A stretch of DNA of 40,657 bases. It comes from an uncultured bacterium (GTDB lineage Bacteria; Actinomycetota; Actinomycetes; Nanopelagicales; Nanopelagicaceae). Below, in pieces: positions 25,454 through 36,472 of this stretch. The position numbers and the translations under genes are program-made. The first letter of the stretch is position 1. Each line of letters begins with the position of its first letter. A model generated the notes under the pieces. It had not been told where the DNA came from, made no database searches, and saw only the letters and a list, made by a program, of their open reading frames with translations. The stretch is from assembly GCA_963923155.1 (NCBI GenBank), contig CAWULI010000001.1, positions 1 through 40,657 on the forward strand. The letters are read 5' to 3'.

Positions 25454-27190
25454 TCAAGATAGGTCGTAAGAATCGATGCGCAAACTAAGCACTCTTTTTC
25501 CAGAGATGGAACGACGCTTCTGAAATTCGTTTAGAAATTTGGCGCACTTAGCACCCTCTTTCATTGGGAAAAAAAGAGAAATCCGTCCATCGTCTAATTG
25601 ATAGATCTGTGATCGGTTCGATAGGCGACCCTCTCGAATTGCGTTCTTTAAACCGGCATAAATTCGATCAGATTCATCCTCGCAATCGCTGAAAGTGGCA
25701 TGACGAGTGTAAGGTGGTAGTTCCGCTTCTTGCAGTTCTTTGAGTATTCTCTCTAGATAAGGCAATGGCTTCCATCTGATTAATGCTGGGACAACAGGAT
25801 GATCTGACCTTTCTACCAACATCGCATGGCCATTCGCTGAGGCCGTGTATCTCATTAACAGAGCTAAATAGCGTTCTTCACTTCGTAAATCTGCACCTAA
25901 TGATAAACCGTCCAAAAACAGTGCTGCGCTATATTGGATATTAGGAACGCTACCTACTGTTGATAGCACTATGGAACGTCTACCGATTTGGCCCTCTATC
26001 TCTTTATCCTTTGTTGAAATATGGATTTCAGTATTAGGAAAGGATCTTCCAAATTCCTCGGCAATTCTCTCGATACCGCGTCCTAATAAATATATCTTCT
26101 CTCTTTTACAGAAAGCACATTTCCAGTCCTGATAACTGGTATGACAGATCGTACAGACTGGATCTTCTGAACGACTTCTTTTAGTCAATTTACCACCACA
26201 GTTGCATTTGGCAATATTCCGGCAGTTAGCGCAACTAATAGCCAATCCATAGCCTTTGGCGGGAGCTACAACTAAAAGAGGATTTTGGTTTAAATATTGT
26301 TTAACGTTCTTAATTAAACTACTCGGAATCAACTCGCCATTTACTGAGCTCTGTGCCAGAACCTTTATGCTACCTGAATCTACGTTCTGACCCTTATATT
26401 TTACGAACCCTATATCAATTAAACGCATCATCTCTAAGGATGGAGCGAAACCGACAAAGTAGAGGTTCTCGTTGAGATATTCACTACGTAGCAGCGCAAC
26501 ATCTCTGGAATTAAAACCAGGACTCTTTAGTTCAAAATGATGGCCAGATTCTTCTCTTACAACTACCAGATTTTTATAGGACCGGGAGGAGAGAACGCTA
26601 CCTCTAGCGCCAACTTCATATTCCTTACTTGCTATCTGACCAACCAACTTGGCCTCAGGGACAATTACTAAGGTGGTACCAGTCTTGGCTATCTCATGCA
26701 ATTTAGAAACCAGTTGAGTAATCTCACTTTCATCTGGTCGTAACTGTAAATATGTCCTTGTCGCTCCATGAGGGCTTTTGATTGAAGTAATTTGATTAAA
26801 ATTTTCGGCACCGCTGCCTTTCGAAACAAAACGTAGTACATCGAAGATAGGTACTGCCCAACGGGCGGCAATCGCTTGATAGAGCGCAAGATGCTTCGGT
26901 GAAACTTGAGGGCCTCTCACCTTTTTGTTTATTGGCAACGATCTCGAGGAGGCGGAGTTATTTCTGCCTTTGCTATACCGATCAACTATTAAGCCCAGGC
27001 AATTTCGACCATTGAATGGAACCGAAACCCAATCTCCTATCTCTACTTCAATTTTTTCGGGAAGGAGATATTCAAAAGCTTGATCCAAATGAAAAACTCC
27101 GGTGTCAACCAGGATGGATAAGAATGGTTTATTTGAGGCAATGGGAACCTTGCCTACTACTTCCCTTTTTAATCTAAGGGGCGAAACCAA
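25454..27190 (-). CDS. priA: Primosomal protein N' (PriA) homologue with degenerate ATPase motifs
   Basis: It has the N-terminal 3'-DNA-binding-like region (ILVDTGVFHLDQAFEYLLP), a Cys-rich zinc region (CANCRNIAKCNCGG...CTICHTSY..CAFCK) and a PriA C-terminal domain. It sits between metK and def, as in other actinobacteria. The start is TTG. Confidence 0.8.
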   Translation of the reverse strand: MVSPLRLKREVVGKVPIASNKPFLSILVDTGVFHLDQAFEYLLPEKIEVEIGDWVSVPFNGRNCLGLIVDRYSKGRNNSASSRSLPINKKVRGPQVSPKHLALYQAIAARWAVPIFDVLRFVSKGSGAENFNQITSIKSPHGATRTYLQLRPDESEITQLVSKLHEIAKTGTTLVIVPEAKLVGQIASKEYEVGARGSVLSSRSYKNLVVVREESGHHFELKSPGFNSRDVALLRSEYLNENLYFVGFAPSLEMMRLIDIGFVKYKGQNVDSGSIKVLAQSSVNGELIPSSLIKNVKQYLNQNPLLVVAPAKGYGLAISCANCRNIAKCNCGGKLTKRSRSEDPVCTICHTSYQDWKCAFCKREKIYLLGRGIERIAEEFGRSFPNTEIHISTKDKEIEGQIGRRSIVLSTVGSVPNIQYSAALFLDGLSLGADLRSEERYLALLMRYTASANGHAMLVERSDHPVVPALIRWKPLPYLERILKELQEAELPPYTRHATFSDCEDESDRIYAGLKNAIREGRLSNRSQIYQLDDGRISLFFPMKEGAKCAKFLNEFQKRRSISGKRVLSLRIDSYDLS

Positions 27191-27220
27191 GACCCTTTAC
27201 CTAATCTAATACTCGCTTAG

Positions 27221-28411
27221 TTACTTAACCGCAGCTGCTAATTTGTCTGCTCGGTCAGTCTTCTCCCAAGTAAATTCAGGCAGTTCCCTGCCAAAATGCC
27301 CATACGAACTGGTCTTCGAGTAGATAGGACGAAGTAAATTCAAATCGCGAATTATCGCAGCAGGTCTTAAATCAAATACATTAAGAACTGCGCTCTGGAT
27401 TTTGGCTACTGGAACTTTCTCGGTGCCAAATGTTTCCACGAATAGGCCTACCGGTTGCGCTTTTCCTATTGCGTAAGCGATCTGAACTTCGCACCGATCT
27501 GCAAGTCCCGCTGCAACCACATTCTTGGCCACCCAACGCATGGCGTAAGCGGCAGAGCGATCAACTTTTGATGGATCTTTACCGCTAAATGCGCCACCAC
27601 CATGTCGCGCCATACCGCCGTAGGTATCAACGATGATTTTTCGACCGGTTAAACCTGCATCGCCCATTGGTCCGCCTACTACGAAGCGACCAGTTGGGTT
27701 TATGAGTGTACGTAAATTTTCTTTCGGAAGGTCAATCTCGGATAAAACCGGTTTGATTACATGCTCGATGACCTCAGGAGTCAACTTCTTAGCGACATCG
27801 ATATCTGCGTGATGTTGGCTAGAAATAACTACGGTATCCAAAGCTACGGCTTTATCGCCGTCATATTCGATGGTCACCTGGGTTTTACCATCTGGTCGTA
27901 AGTAGCCCAGTGAACCGTTCTTGCGAACTAAAGATAACTGCAGCGCCAATTTGTGAGCCAACCAGATTGGAAGTGGCATCAATTCCTTGGTGTCGTTGCA
28001 GGCATAACCAAACATCAACCCTTGATCGCCAGCACCTTGTAAATCTAGTGGATCGTTAGATGATTGAACTCGCTCTTCATACGCATCATCAACGCCCTGG
28101 GCGATATCGGGAGACTGTTGGCCTATCGAGATCGATACGCCACACGAGTTTCCATCAAAACCTTTATCTGATGAGTCATAACCAATTCCAAGGACCGTAT
28201 CTCGGACAATCGTATTTACATCAGCATAACCATTAGTTGTGACCTCGCCGGCAACGTGTACCTGACCGGTAGTAATTAATGTTTCTACGGCGACTCGACT
28301 TTTGGGATCCTGAGCTAATAAAGAATCCAAGATGGCATCGGATATCTGATCTGCGATCTTGTCGGGGTGACCTTCGGTTACGGACTCGCTTGTGAAGAGG
28401 CGCTTAGACAT
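27221..28411 (-). CDS. metK: S-adenosylmethionine synthetase
   Basis: Motifs are [34 protein letters not shown] and [16 protein letters not shown]. Confidence 0.95.
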   Translation of the reverse strand: MSKRLFTSESVTEGHPDKIADQISDAILDSLLAQDPKSRVAVETLITTGQVHVAGEVTTNGYADVNTIVRDTVLGIGYDSSDKGFDGNSCGVSISIGQQSPDIAQGVDDAYEERVQSSNDPLDLQGAGDQGLMFGYACNDTKELMPLPIWLAHKLALQLSLVRKNGSLGYLRPDGKTQVTIEYDGDKAVALDTVVISSQHHADIDVAKKLTPEVIEHVIKPVLSEIDLPKENLRTLINPTGRFVVGGPMGDAGLTGRKIIVDTYGGMARHGGGAFSGKDPSKVDRSAAYAMRWVAKNVVAAGLADRCEVQIAYAIGKAQPVGLFVETFGTEKVPVAKIQSAVLNVFDLRPAAIIRDLNLLRPIYSKTSSYGHFGRELPEFTWEKTDRADKLAAAVK

Positions 28412-29594
28412 TGGATGAGTTTAACCTCTTGGCTACCTTATCTAGCAATAACTTGGCTAATTGCTCCTTGGACATGGGTGTTATTTCGGTTACTGAAGAG
28501 TTATCAATTAATACCCCAGAAGTTTGATCGGAACCAAAGATAGAGCCTTCTGAGATATCGTTGGCATAAAGCAAATCAAGACCTTTTTGAACGAGCTTTC
28601 GTTGCCCTTCCAAAAGCAAATTAGACTTTTCTTCAGCAGCAAAACCAACCATTACCTGACCGGTTTTTTGCTTGGCTATCTCCGCTAGCAAATCGGGCGT
28701 TGGTACTAACTTCAATTCCTTATAACTATCCTTTTTTACCTTCCCGCTTTGGGTAATGGGTTTAGCATCACTAACAGCGGCTGCCATTATTAAAACATCA
28801 CAGTTTGGAAATTGATCAGTTAGCGCTCTTTGCAACTCTTCGGTATTAACCACCGAGATCACCTTAATGCCATGTAGGTGCTGCAACTTTTCTGTCGCGA
28901 TATTTGCCGAAATCAAAGTTACTTCTGCACCACGAGAAGAGGCGAGGCTTGCCAGGGCTAGCCCCTGTTTACCACTGGAACGATTACTTATGAATCGAAC
29001 ATCATCAATTGCTTCACGAGTACCACCAGCGGTAATCAAAAACCTTTTACCGGCTAGATCCAGATCGACCTTAATCTCATTGATGAATTTCTCGATTATG
29101 CTAGGAGTATCAGGAAACCGACCAACGCCAGAATCTTTTCCAGTCAATCTTCCAGATGCAGGATCCATGACCACAAATCCCAGGCGGCGTAATTTCGAAA
29201 TATTCTCTTGGGTAGTTGCATTTAGCCACATCTTTGGGTGCATTGCGGGAACTATCAATTTAGGTGCCGAACTTGCCAAAATTGAATTTGTTAGAAGATC
29301 ATCCGCGCGTCCGCTTGCGATTCGTGCGATTAAATCTGCAGTTGCTGGCGCGACGATGATGTAATCAGCTTTATCACCCAGGGAGACGTGATTTACTTGA
29401 TCAACTGCTTCCCATACTTGGGTATGCACTGGTTTACCGGAGAGCGCCTCCCAGGTCGCTTTGCCAACAAAATTCAGACTTGCAGGCGTTGGCACTACAG
29501 TGACATTAAAGCCTAGATCCTGTAAGCGACGTAAAAGATCACAAGATTTATAAGCGGCTATTCCCCCGCCAACTCCGAGCAGAATCTCGGACAT
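28404..29594 (-). CDS. coaBC: Bifunctional phosphopantothenoylcysteine decarboxylase / phosphopantothenate-cysteine ligase
   Basis: It has an N-terminal flavoprotein motif ([10 protein letters not shown]), a C-terminal CoaB domain ([25 protein letters not shown]) and is 396 aa long. Confidence 0.9.
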   Translation of the reverse strand: MSEILLGVGGGIAAYKSCDLLRRLQDLGFNVTVVPTPASLNFVGKATWEALSGKPVHTQVWEAVDQVNHVSLGDKADYIIVAPATADLIARIASGRADDLLTNSILASSAPKLIVPAMHPKMWLNATTQENISKLRRLGFVVMDPASGRLTGKDSGVGRFPDTPSIIEKFINEIKVDLDLAGKRFLITAGGTREAIDDVRFISNRSSGKQGLALASLASSRGAEVTLISANIATEKLQHLHGIKVISVVNTEELQRALTDQFPNCDVLIMAAAVSDAKPITQSGKVKKDSYKELKLVPTPDLLAEIAKQKTGQVMVGFAAEEKSNLLLEGQRKLVQKGLDLLYANDISEGSIFGSDQTSGVLIDNSSVTEITPMSKEQLAKLLLDKVAKRLNSSNV

Positions 29595-29636
29595 ATCGCT
29601 AACTTTTCTTTTAGCCTTTGGCGAATTCGGAGAGAT

Positions 29637-29885
29637 TTATGCGTTCGGTTCGAGGCTCTCGATGGTTAATAAACCATCGTTGATCTCGCGCAGTGCGATT
29701 GAAAGTGGCTTCTCGTGGACATGCGTCTCAACTAGTGGGCCGACATATTCCAAAAGCCCTTCAGAGAGTTGCGAATAATATGCGTTAATCTGACGAGCAC
29801 GTTTTGCAGCATATAGCACCAAGCTGTACTTGGAACCGCTCTTATCTAATAGCTCATCGATCGGTGGATTGGTTATTCCGTCCAT
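29637..29885 (-). CDS. rpoZ: DNA-directed RNA polymerase subunit omega
   Basis: An 82 aa protein with [27 protein letters not shown]. It lies between gmk and coaBC. Confidence 0.85.
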   Translation of the reverse strand: MDGITNPPIDELLDKSGSKYSLVLYAAKRARQINAYYSQLSEGLLEYVGPLVETHVHEKPLSIALREINDGLLTIESLEPNA

Positions 29886-30773
29886 TTAACGCCTCTCTTT
29901 ATCAGCGGCTAAGGCTACCAGTTCGGCTATGACCCTTTCCAATTGGTCATTTACAAGCACATAATCGAACTCCGATTGCGCAGCCATCTCTTCTTGGGCA
30001 AGTGCCAAGCGCTCAGCTCGACGCTCTGGAGTATCAGTACCGCGAGTTTCTAGTCGATTCTTCAATTCTTCCCAAGATGGAGGTGCGATAAACACTAAGA
30101 CCGCATCTTTTCGGCTCTTTCTAACTTGGCGCGCTCCATCAATTTCAATCTCTAATATCACGTTATATCCGGCAGTCAATTTCTCTTTAACTTGCTCTGC
30201 AGGAGTTCCGTATCTATTTCCTGCAAATTCAGCCCATTCTAGAAATTCATTTGAAGCGATACGACGATCAAATTCCTCTTCCGAAATATAGAAATAATCC
30301 ACGCCGTCTAATTCACCGTTGCGTGGAGTTCTAGTAGTTGCGGAGACCGAAACCCAGAATTCAGGATGGTTTGCGATCGCCTTACTGATTGTACTTTTGC
30401 CCACTCCGCCAGGACCTGAAAGTACAAATAATTTTCCGCTTCGAACTGCACCTGTTAGTGGTGTAAATTCACGCTTCAACCGTTGCAATTGCAAAACTCC
30501 CAATCCTTGAATTCGACGCGACCCAGAGATCTCCAGACGACTTAATATTGAGGTAGCGCGCACTTTACCAATACCCGGAATCGATTCCAAAAGCTCCGAT
30601 ATCCTCATCTTAGCTATCGCATCATTAGTTGAAGCCAACTCGATGACTTGAAGAACTTTCAATTTTCCTGTTTTGATCTGTTCTTTTACATCTGCTCTAC
30701 TACGGCGCGCCTGTTTAGCCCGTTCTAACGCGAGTTCACGTTGTGCCGGATCAAGTTTCGGCGGATTCGGCAA
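29886..30773 (-). CDS. gmk: Single ORF encoding an mIHF-like integration host factor domain (aa 1-103) fused in frame to guanylate kinase (aa ~104-295)
   Basis: The N-terminal part (KLDPAQRELALERAKQARRSRADVKEQIK...ESIPGIGKVRATSILSRLEISGSRRIQGLG) parallels mycobacterial mIHF. The C-terminal part has the Gmk P-loop (LSGPGGVGKST) and SATTRTPRNGE. No stop codon or ATG/GTG lies between the two parts. The start is a TTG directly after the pyrF stop. Confidence 0.8.
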   Translation of the reverse strand: MPNPPKLDPAQRELALERAKQARRSRADVKEQIKTGKLKVLQVIELASTNDAIAKMRISELLESIPGIGKVRATSILSRLEISGSRRIQGLGVLQLQRLKREFTPLTGAVRSGKLFVLSGPGGVGKSTISKAIANHPEFWVSVSATTRTPRNGELDGVDYFYISEEEFDRRIASNEFLEWAEFAGNRYGTPAEQVKEKLTAGYNVILEIEIDGARQVRKSRKDAVLVFIAPPSWEELKNRLETRGTDTPERRAERLALAQEEMAAQSEFDYVLVNDQLERVIAELVALAADKERR

Positions 30774-31460
30774 TTAACTCAAAGTACTTTCCAAGATTGA
30801 TTTCGCCGCTTCGCTGGGATCTTTTGCGGCGGTGATCGGTCTTCCAATCACAAGAAAATTTGCTCCTGCTGCCATCGCGCCCTTTGGGTCCATAGTGCGC
30901 TTTTGATCATCGCGATTAGATTGATCAATAGGTCGAATACCGGGAGTAATAATCGCTATCTCTTTTGGCACTGCGTTTCTAATCGCAACTATCTCTAATG
31001 GCGAGCAGACGATCGCGCGGGCGCCACCAGTTACGGCCAATTTAGCTAATTCTGTAGCTCGTTCTAATGTCGAACCAACGAGACCAATCTCGGTTAGGTC
31101 CTCCTGGCTTAACGAGGTCAATATCGTTACAGCAGTAATTTCGATCTCTGGTGCGCAAATTGCAGCAGCATGAATCATTTCGCGACCACCACTAGCGTGG
31201 ACTGTTAAGAAACGTGGTTTCAAATCCGCTACTTGCTTGATCGCACCACTTACCGTATTGGGAATATCGTGGAGTTTTAGATCCAAGAAAATCCTCTTAT
31301 CGGTCTGACCTTGTATCTCTCTAACACCTTGAGAACCAAATCGTAAATAGAACTCCAAGCCCAATTTAAATAGTCCAACATATTCGCTGGTCTCGGATAC
31401 CCAACGTTTGGCAGTATCTAACTCATTTGTGTCAATGGCAAGGATGATCGGTGAATTCAT
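30774..31460 (-). CDS. pyrF: Orotidine 5'-phosphate decarboxylase
   Basis: It has ILAIDT and FLDLKLHDIPNTV motifs and is 228 aa long. Confidence 0.9.
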   Translation of the reverse strand: MNSPIILAIDTNELDTAKRWVSETSEYVGLFKLGLEFYLRFGSQGVREIQGQTDKRIFLDLKLHDIPNTVSGAIKQVADLKPRFLTVHASGGREMIHAAAICAPEIEITAVTILTSLSQEDLTEIGLVGSTLERATELAKLAVTGGARAIVCSPLEIVAIRNAVPKEIAIITPGIRPIDQSNRDDQKRTMDPKGAMAAGANFLVIGRPITAAKDPSEAAKSILESTLS

Positions 31461-32392
31461 TAAGCCTCCGGCCTATGGGCATATCCAACCGCCTCTTTCA
31501 TGGAATTAAAACCTTTCGCCATCAAAATATCTCTCAATTCATTTTGAATTCGATAAGGAGCGGATGGATCACCGAAACTTGCCGTGCCAATCGAAACACC
31601 CGAGGCGCCTGCCAGGATCATTTCGAAAGCATCTTTACCGCTTGAAACTCCACCCATTCCCAGAATGGAAACATTGGGTAGCGCTTCGCGCACTTGGTAA
31701 ATGGCACGAATGGCGATTGGTCTAATGGCTGGTCCGGAAAGGCCCCCAGTTTTACCTCCCAAATGCGGTCGCATCGAATCGGTATTTATCACCATACCTA
31801 GCACGGTATTTATCATCGCTATGCCATCTGCACCGTTTGAAACGACTGAATTAGCAATAGTGGCAATATTTGTAACATCCGGGGTTAATTTAGCCAGGAT
31901 CGGTAGCTCTCCTCCAACAATTCCACGCACACCCTTTATAACTTCTGCAGCCGTATTTGGATCGCAAGCGAAGACCAAACCTCGATTCTCTACGTTTGGA
32001 CAAGAGATATTTACTTCTAGCGCTGAGATTCCTGGAACTCCTCGTAATTTGCGTGCGAGCGATGAGTATTCTTCAATGGTCTCACCGGCAATCGAAACAA
32101 CAATGCGAGCACCTTGGGCTGCAAGCCAGGGCACATCATCTGCCAAAAAAGCATCGATTCCTGGCCCCTGTAAACCAATTGAATTTAACATCCCGCTTGG
32201 CGTCTCCGCCATACGTGGCGTAGGGCGACCGGCTCTTGGTTTCAACATAATCGACTTTGTTACTACCGCACCGATTTCTCGTAAAGGGAAGAACTGGGCT
32301 AACTCTTTACCAGAACTTGCACAACCACTTGCTGTGAAGATTGGAGCCGGAAACCAAGCGCCACCTAAAGTAGTTGAGAAATCGAAACTCAT
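31460..32392 (-). CDS. pyrD: Dihydroorotate dehydrogenase, class 1B catalytic subunit
   Basis: It has EVNISCPNV (an active-site Cys, so class 1) and a GGV..G FMN site. It has no N-terminal membrane helix and is paired with pyrK. Confidence 0.9.
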   Translation of the reverse strand: MSFDFSTTLGGAWFPAPIFTASGCASSGKELAQFFPLREIGAVVTKSIMLKPRAGRPTPRMAETPSGMLNSIGLQGPGIDAFLADDVPWLAAQGARIVVSIAGETIEEYSSLARKLRGVPGISALEVNISCPNVENRGLVFACDPNTAAEVIKGVRGIVGGELPILAKLTPDVTNIATIANSVVSNGADGIAMINTVLGMVINTDSMRPHLGGKTGGLSGPAIRPIAIRAIYQVREALPNVSILGMGGVSSGKDAFEMILAGASGVSIGTASFGDPSAPYRIQNELRDILMAKGFNSMKEAVGYAHRPEA

Positions 32393-33210
32393 AATTGTTT
32401 ACCTACCAGATGCCATTGAACTGCTTCGCCATCCATAACCGGCCCTTCAATGCAACTTCGCAGATTCTTGATTTCACCGCTTGAATCTTTCGCCGGAACG
32501 ATACAAGTCATGCAAATACCGACACCACAAGCCATAGATTCTTCAACCGCGGCTTGATGTGCAATATCAGCATCAATTGCGATTTCTGATACCGCTTGTA
32601 ACATCGCCATAGGTCCGCAGGAGTAGATAACACGAATATCGTGTTCTTGAATCATCTCGGCCAGCAAATCAGTCACCCGTCCAATTTCTCCAGCGCTGCC
32701 ATCTTCGGTGAAAATCTTTAATAATGTTGCAGCGCGCTTTCCTTCAATCGGGGCGTAAATCTTTGCAGCGCTACTGGCACCAAGAGCCATGATTACTCGA
32801 CATCCACGGCTCTTTAAGACCTCTGCTAATCCAAACAATGGTGCCGAACCGTAACCACCACCTACTAAAAGTGCCGATACGGGTTCGGTTGGAATTCCGA
32901 AAGCAGTACCAAGCGGTACGACCACATCAAGATAGGAACCTTCGGGTTGCGAACAGAGCCATCGCGAACCAGAACCAAAGGGTGAGATTATCAATTCGAT
33001 GGTGCCACGATCATTGATTCGTGAAATTGCAAATGCCCTACGAAGCACCATCTTGGAGAATTCTCCACCGACGGAGATTGCGATGAAATTACCTGGTCGA
33101 ACTTGTTTAACTAAATCACCAATCTCAATTATCAATTGATGATAAGCACCGATACGACGATTGCTGATGATCGTGGCGCGAAGTTGCGTAGCATGCTTAT
33201 TAATTGGCAA
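32389..33210 (-). CDS. pyrK: Dihydroorotate dehydrogenase electron-transfer subunit (FAD/2Fe-2S)
   Basis: A 273 aa protein with an FNR-like fold (RRAFAIS) and a C-terminal cluster motif (CGVGICMTC). The start is TTG. Confidence 0.85.
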   Translation of the reverse strand: MPINKHATQLRATIISNRRIGAYHQLIIEIGDLVKQVRPGNFIAISVGGEFSKMVLRRAFAISRINDRGTIELIISPFGSGSRWLCSQPEGSYLDVVVPLGTAFGIPTEPVSALLVGGGYGSAPLFGLAEVLKSRGCRVIMALGASSAAKIYAPIEGKRAATLLKIFTEDGSAGEIGRVTDLLAEMIQEHDIRVIYSCGPMAMLQAVSEIAIDADIAHQAAVEESMACGVGICMTCIVPAKDSSGEIKNLRSCIEGPVMDGEAVQWHLVGKQL

Positions 33211-36200
33211 TTTCAGCCAACCATTCTTGTAGAGGCTTAACCTTTAATTCTGCGTTTCGTAGCGCCTTGATTCCTTCTACTGCCGCGTTAAAACCTGCAA
33301 CCGTTGTGATACACGGTATCGATCTTTGAACTGCGGTAGTGCGTATGACCCAACCATCTTGTCTACTACCGCGTCCAACCGGTGTGTTGATGACCAGATC
33401 CACTTGGCCAGCAACCATGAGTTCAACGATAGTTCGCTCTCCTAGTGGTCCAGTGCCTTCTGAATGTTTGCGAATCGTAGTTGTATCAATCCCCTGCGCG
33501 GAAAGCGCTGCTGCAGTTCCACTTGTCGCAATAAGAGTGAAACCTAGTTCACGAAGTTTTCGGGCAGCATCAAACCCAGCCTCTTTATCCTTATCACTTA
33601 GAGATATAAAGACGGTTCCGTTCTTTGGAAGTGGTCCGAAGGCCGCAATCTGGCTCTTGGCGTAACTTTCACCGAATGAAGGCGCGATACCCATAACTTC
33701 TCCAGTAGAACGCATCTCAGGACCAAGCGTTGAATCAACACCACGACCATCAATTCTTCTGAACCTATTCCATGGCAGAACTACCTCTTTAACTGAGATG
33801 GCACGCGGTTTAACTACTCCTTTAGGTAACAAACCTTCATTATGTAACTCCTCGATCTTCTCCCCTACCGCTATGCGAGCAGCGGCCTTTGCAAGTGGGA
33901 TACCGATGGACTTGGATACAAATGGCACGGTTCTCGAAGCTCGCGGATTCGCTTCCAACACATAAAGTTTTCCAGATGCGATGGCAAATTGGATATTTAT
34001 TAAACCTCGTACTCCAACTCCGCGAGCAATTTTCTCGGTAGCGCTCTTTATCTCTTCCAACTGGTCTGGAGTAATCGTTATCGCAGGTAAGACGCACGCG
34101 CTATCTCCGGAATGTATGCCAGCTTCTTCGATATGTTCCATCACCCCACCCAAAAATAATCTCTCTCCATCGAAAAGGGCGTCGACATCGATTTCAATCG
34201 CATTGTCCAAGAAGCGATCAACAAGCACCGGGTGTCCGGGAGTTATTTCAGTGGCACGAGAGATAAATCCAGCAAGTGCTTGGTCGTCATAAACAATCTC
34301 CATACCTCGTCCACCAAGAACAAAAGAAGGACGAACCAGAACTGGATAAGTGATTCGAGCGGCTATATCTTGCGCCTCTAGCAAAGAAGAGGCCATTCCA
34401 TATTCTGGTGCAAGCAAATTTTGCTCTTCCAAGATTCGCCCAAAGGCTCCACGCTCTTCTGCCAGATTGATAGATTCCGGAGAGGTACCCAAAATATTTA
34501 CTCCGGCATCCTTTAAACCTTGCGCTAGTCCTAATGGTGTTTGGCCACCGAGAGTCGCAATTACACCCAATACCGGACCAGCCGCTTCTTCAGCCGCGAT
34601 AACTTCTAAAACATCCTCCAAAGTTAAAGGCTCAAAATAGAGACGATCGCTAGTGTCATAATCCGTTGATACTGTTTCGGGATTGCAGTTGATCATGATT
34701 GTTTCATAATCTTTTTCACGTAAAGTAAATGCTGCGTGAACACAACTGTAATCAAATTCGATACCTTGTCCGATGCGATTTGGGCCTGAACCCAAGATAA
34801 TCACCGCTGGTTTGGTTCTTGGTTCAACTTCTGTCTCTTGTTCGTATGTTGAGTAATGGTAAGGTGTGAAAGCTTCGAATTCCGCAGCACAGGTATCAAC
34901 AGTTTTATAAACCGGACGAATCGCTAAATGCAATCTTGCTGCACGTACCTCACCAGCCGAAATTCCACGGAGAGTTCCAATTTGCGCATCTGAGAATCCC
35001 AATTGCTTGGCGCTATATAGCAACGTTTCGGTTAATTCCCCCGGTTGGGCTAATTCTTCCGCTTTCTGATTTATTAATTGAATCTGTTGCAAATACCAAC
35101 GATCGATCTTTGTGGCATCGAATACCTCTTCGACAGTGCATCCTGCCCATAACGCTTGTTGGACCTGTTGCAATCTATATTCTGTAGGAGTGCGCATCGA
35201 ATCTAGTAAGGCACCCTTATCGATCCCCGACTTGTCGGCAGGAAAGTTAAATATCGCCTCTTTCCGCTCTAATGATCGAAGCGCCTTTTGCAGCGCTTCA
35301 GGAAAGGATCTACCGATTGCCATTGCTTCGCCAACAGACTTCATTGTGGTGGTAAGTCGAGGATCGGCATCCGCAAACTTCTCGAACGCAAATCGAGGCG
35401 CCTTGACCACGATGTAATCAAGCGTAGGTTCGAAAGATGCTGGCGTTACTTTAGTGATGTCATTTCGAATCTCATCCAAGGTATAACCAATGGCCAATTT
35501 GGTCGCGATCTTTGCGATAGGAAATCCAGTTGCTTTAGATGCAAGCGCCGAGGAGCGAGAAACGCGCGGATTCATCTCAATCACAATTATGCGACCGCTA
35601 TCGGGATTTACCGCGAATTGAATATTGCAACCACCGGTATCGACACCAACTTCACGGATGATATTGATGGCTAGGTTACGTAACTTCTGATACTCAACAT
35701 CGGTCAGCGTTAAGGCTGGGGCGACAGTAATAGAGTCTCCAGTATGCACACCCATTGGGTCTAAATTTTCAATTGAACAGACAATTACTACGTTATCTTT
35801 TCGATCCCTCATGACCTCAAGTTCGTACTCTTTCCAACCGAGTATCGACTCTTCTAGGAGCACTTCTGAAGTTGGGCTATGACGTAATCCGGCTCCAGCA
35901 ATCAACTCCAATTGCTCTGCATTAAATGCAATTCCGGAACCAAGTCCACCCATGGTAAACGAAGGTCTAACGACTACCGGATAATTGAGAGTCTTAACAG
36001 CTTCAAAACATTCCGGCATCGTGTGGCAGATAATTGATTTGGCTGACTCGCCACCTACTTTTTCAACAATCGCACGGAAAAGTTCTCGATTTTCGCCACG
36101 TTGAATTGCATCGACATCTGCACCAATTAAGCGAACGCCATGTTTTTGTAATATTCCACGTTCGTGAAGTCCTATGGCCGCATTAAGCGCAGTCTGTCCA

Positions 36201-36472
36201 CCCAGGGTAGCAAGAACCGCATCAGGTCGCTCTCTAATTAAAATCTGCTCGATCGACTCCGGGGTAATTGGTTCAATATAGGTTGCATCTGCGAACTCAG
36301 GGTCGGTCATGATTGTTGCTGGATTCGAATTAATAAGTATTACGCGAATACCTTCGCTCTTTAAAATACGGCAGGCTTGGGTACCGGAGTAATCAAACTC
36401 GCAAGCCTGACCAATAACAATTGGACCTGAACCGATTACTAAAACGCTCTTAATATCGTTATTTAACGCCAT
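33200..36472 (-). CDS. carB: Carbamoyl-phosphate synthase large subunit
   Basis: A 1090 aa protein with duplicated ATP-grasp halves ([24 protein letters not shown] and [24 protein letters not shown]) and an MGS-like C-terminus. Confidence 0.95.
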   Translation of the reverse strand: MALNNDIKSVLVIGSGPIVIGQACEFDYSGTQACRILKSEGIRVILINSNPATIMTDPEFADATYIEPITPESIEQILIRERPDAVLATLGGQTALNAAIGLHERGILQKHGVRLIGADVDAIQRGENRELFRAIVEKVGGESAKSIICHTMPECFEAVKTLNYPVVVRPSFTMGGLGSGIAFNAEQLELIAGAGLRHSPTSEVLLEESILGWKEYELEVMRDRKDNVVIVCSIENLDPMGVHTGDSITVAPALTLTDVEYQKLRNLAINIIREVGVDTGGCNIQFAVNPDSGRIIVIEMNPRVSRSSALASKATGFPIAKIATKLAIGYTLDEIRNDITKVTPASFEPTLDYIVVKAPRFAFEKFADADPRLTTTMKSVGEAMAIGRSFPEALQKALRSLERKEAIFNFPADKSGIDKGALLDSMRTPTEYRLQQVQQALWAGCTVEEVFDATKIDRWYLQQIQLINQKAEELAQPGELTETLLYSAKQLGFSDAQIGTLRGISAGEVRAARLHLAIRPVYKTVDTCAAEFEAFTPYHYSTYEQETEVEPRTKPAVIILGSGPNRIGQGIEFDYSCVHAAFTLREKDYETIMINCNPETVSTDYDTSDRLYFEPLTLEDVLEVIAAEEAAGPVLGVIATLGGQTPLGLAQGLKDAGVNILGTSPESINLAEERGAFGRILEEQNLLAPEYGMASSLLEAQDIAARITYPVLVRPSFVLGGRGMEIVYDDQALAGFISRATEITPGHPVLVDRFLDNAIEIDVDALFDGERLFLGGVMEHIEEAGIHSGDSACVLPAITITPDQLEEIKSATEKIARGVGVRGLINIQFAIASGKLYVLEANPRASRTVPFVSKSIGIPLAKAAARIAVGEKIEELHNEGLLPKGVVKPRAISVKEVVLPWNRFRRIDGRGVDSTLGPEMRSTGEVMGIAPSFGESYAKSQIAAFGPLPKNGTVFISLSDKDKEAGFDAARKLRELGFTLIATSGTAAALSAQGIDTTTIRKHSEGTGPLGERTIVELMVAGQVDLVINTPVGRGSRQDGWVIRTTAVQRSIPCITTVAGFNAAVEGIKALRNAELKVKPLQEWLAEIAN

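Noticed and set aside
27191-28420. A SAM riboswitch upstream of metK
   Set aside because: metK overlaps the upstream coaBC gene by 8 nt, so there is no leader in which a riboswitch could reside.
31701-32438. A 245-aa plus-strand ORF, the longest unexplained ORF in the track
   Set aside because: It is fully antisense to pyrD, which has unambiguous DHODH motifs. The translation is Pro/Ala/Ser/Gly-rich with no motifs, as expected for the reverse complement of a Gly/Ala-rich enzyme gene.
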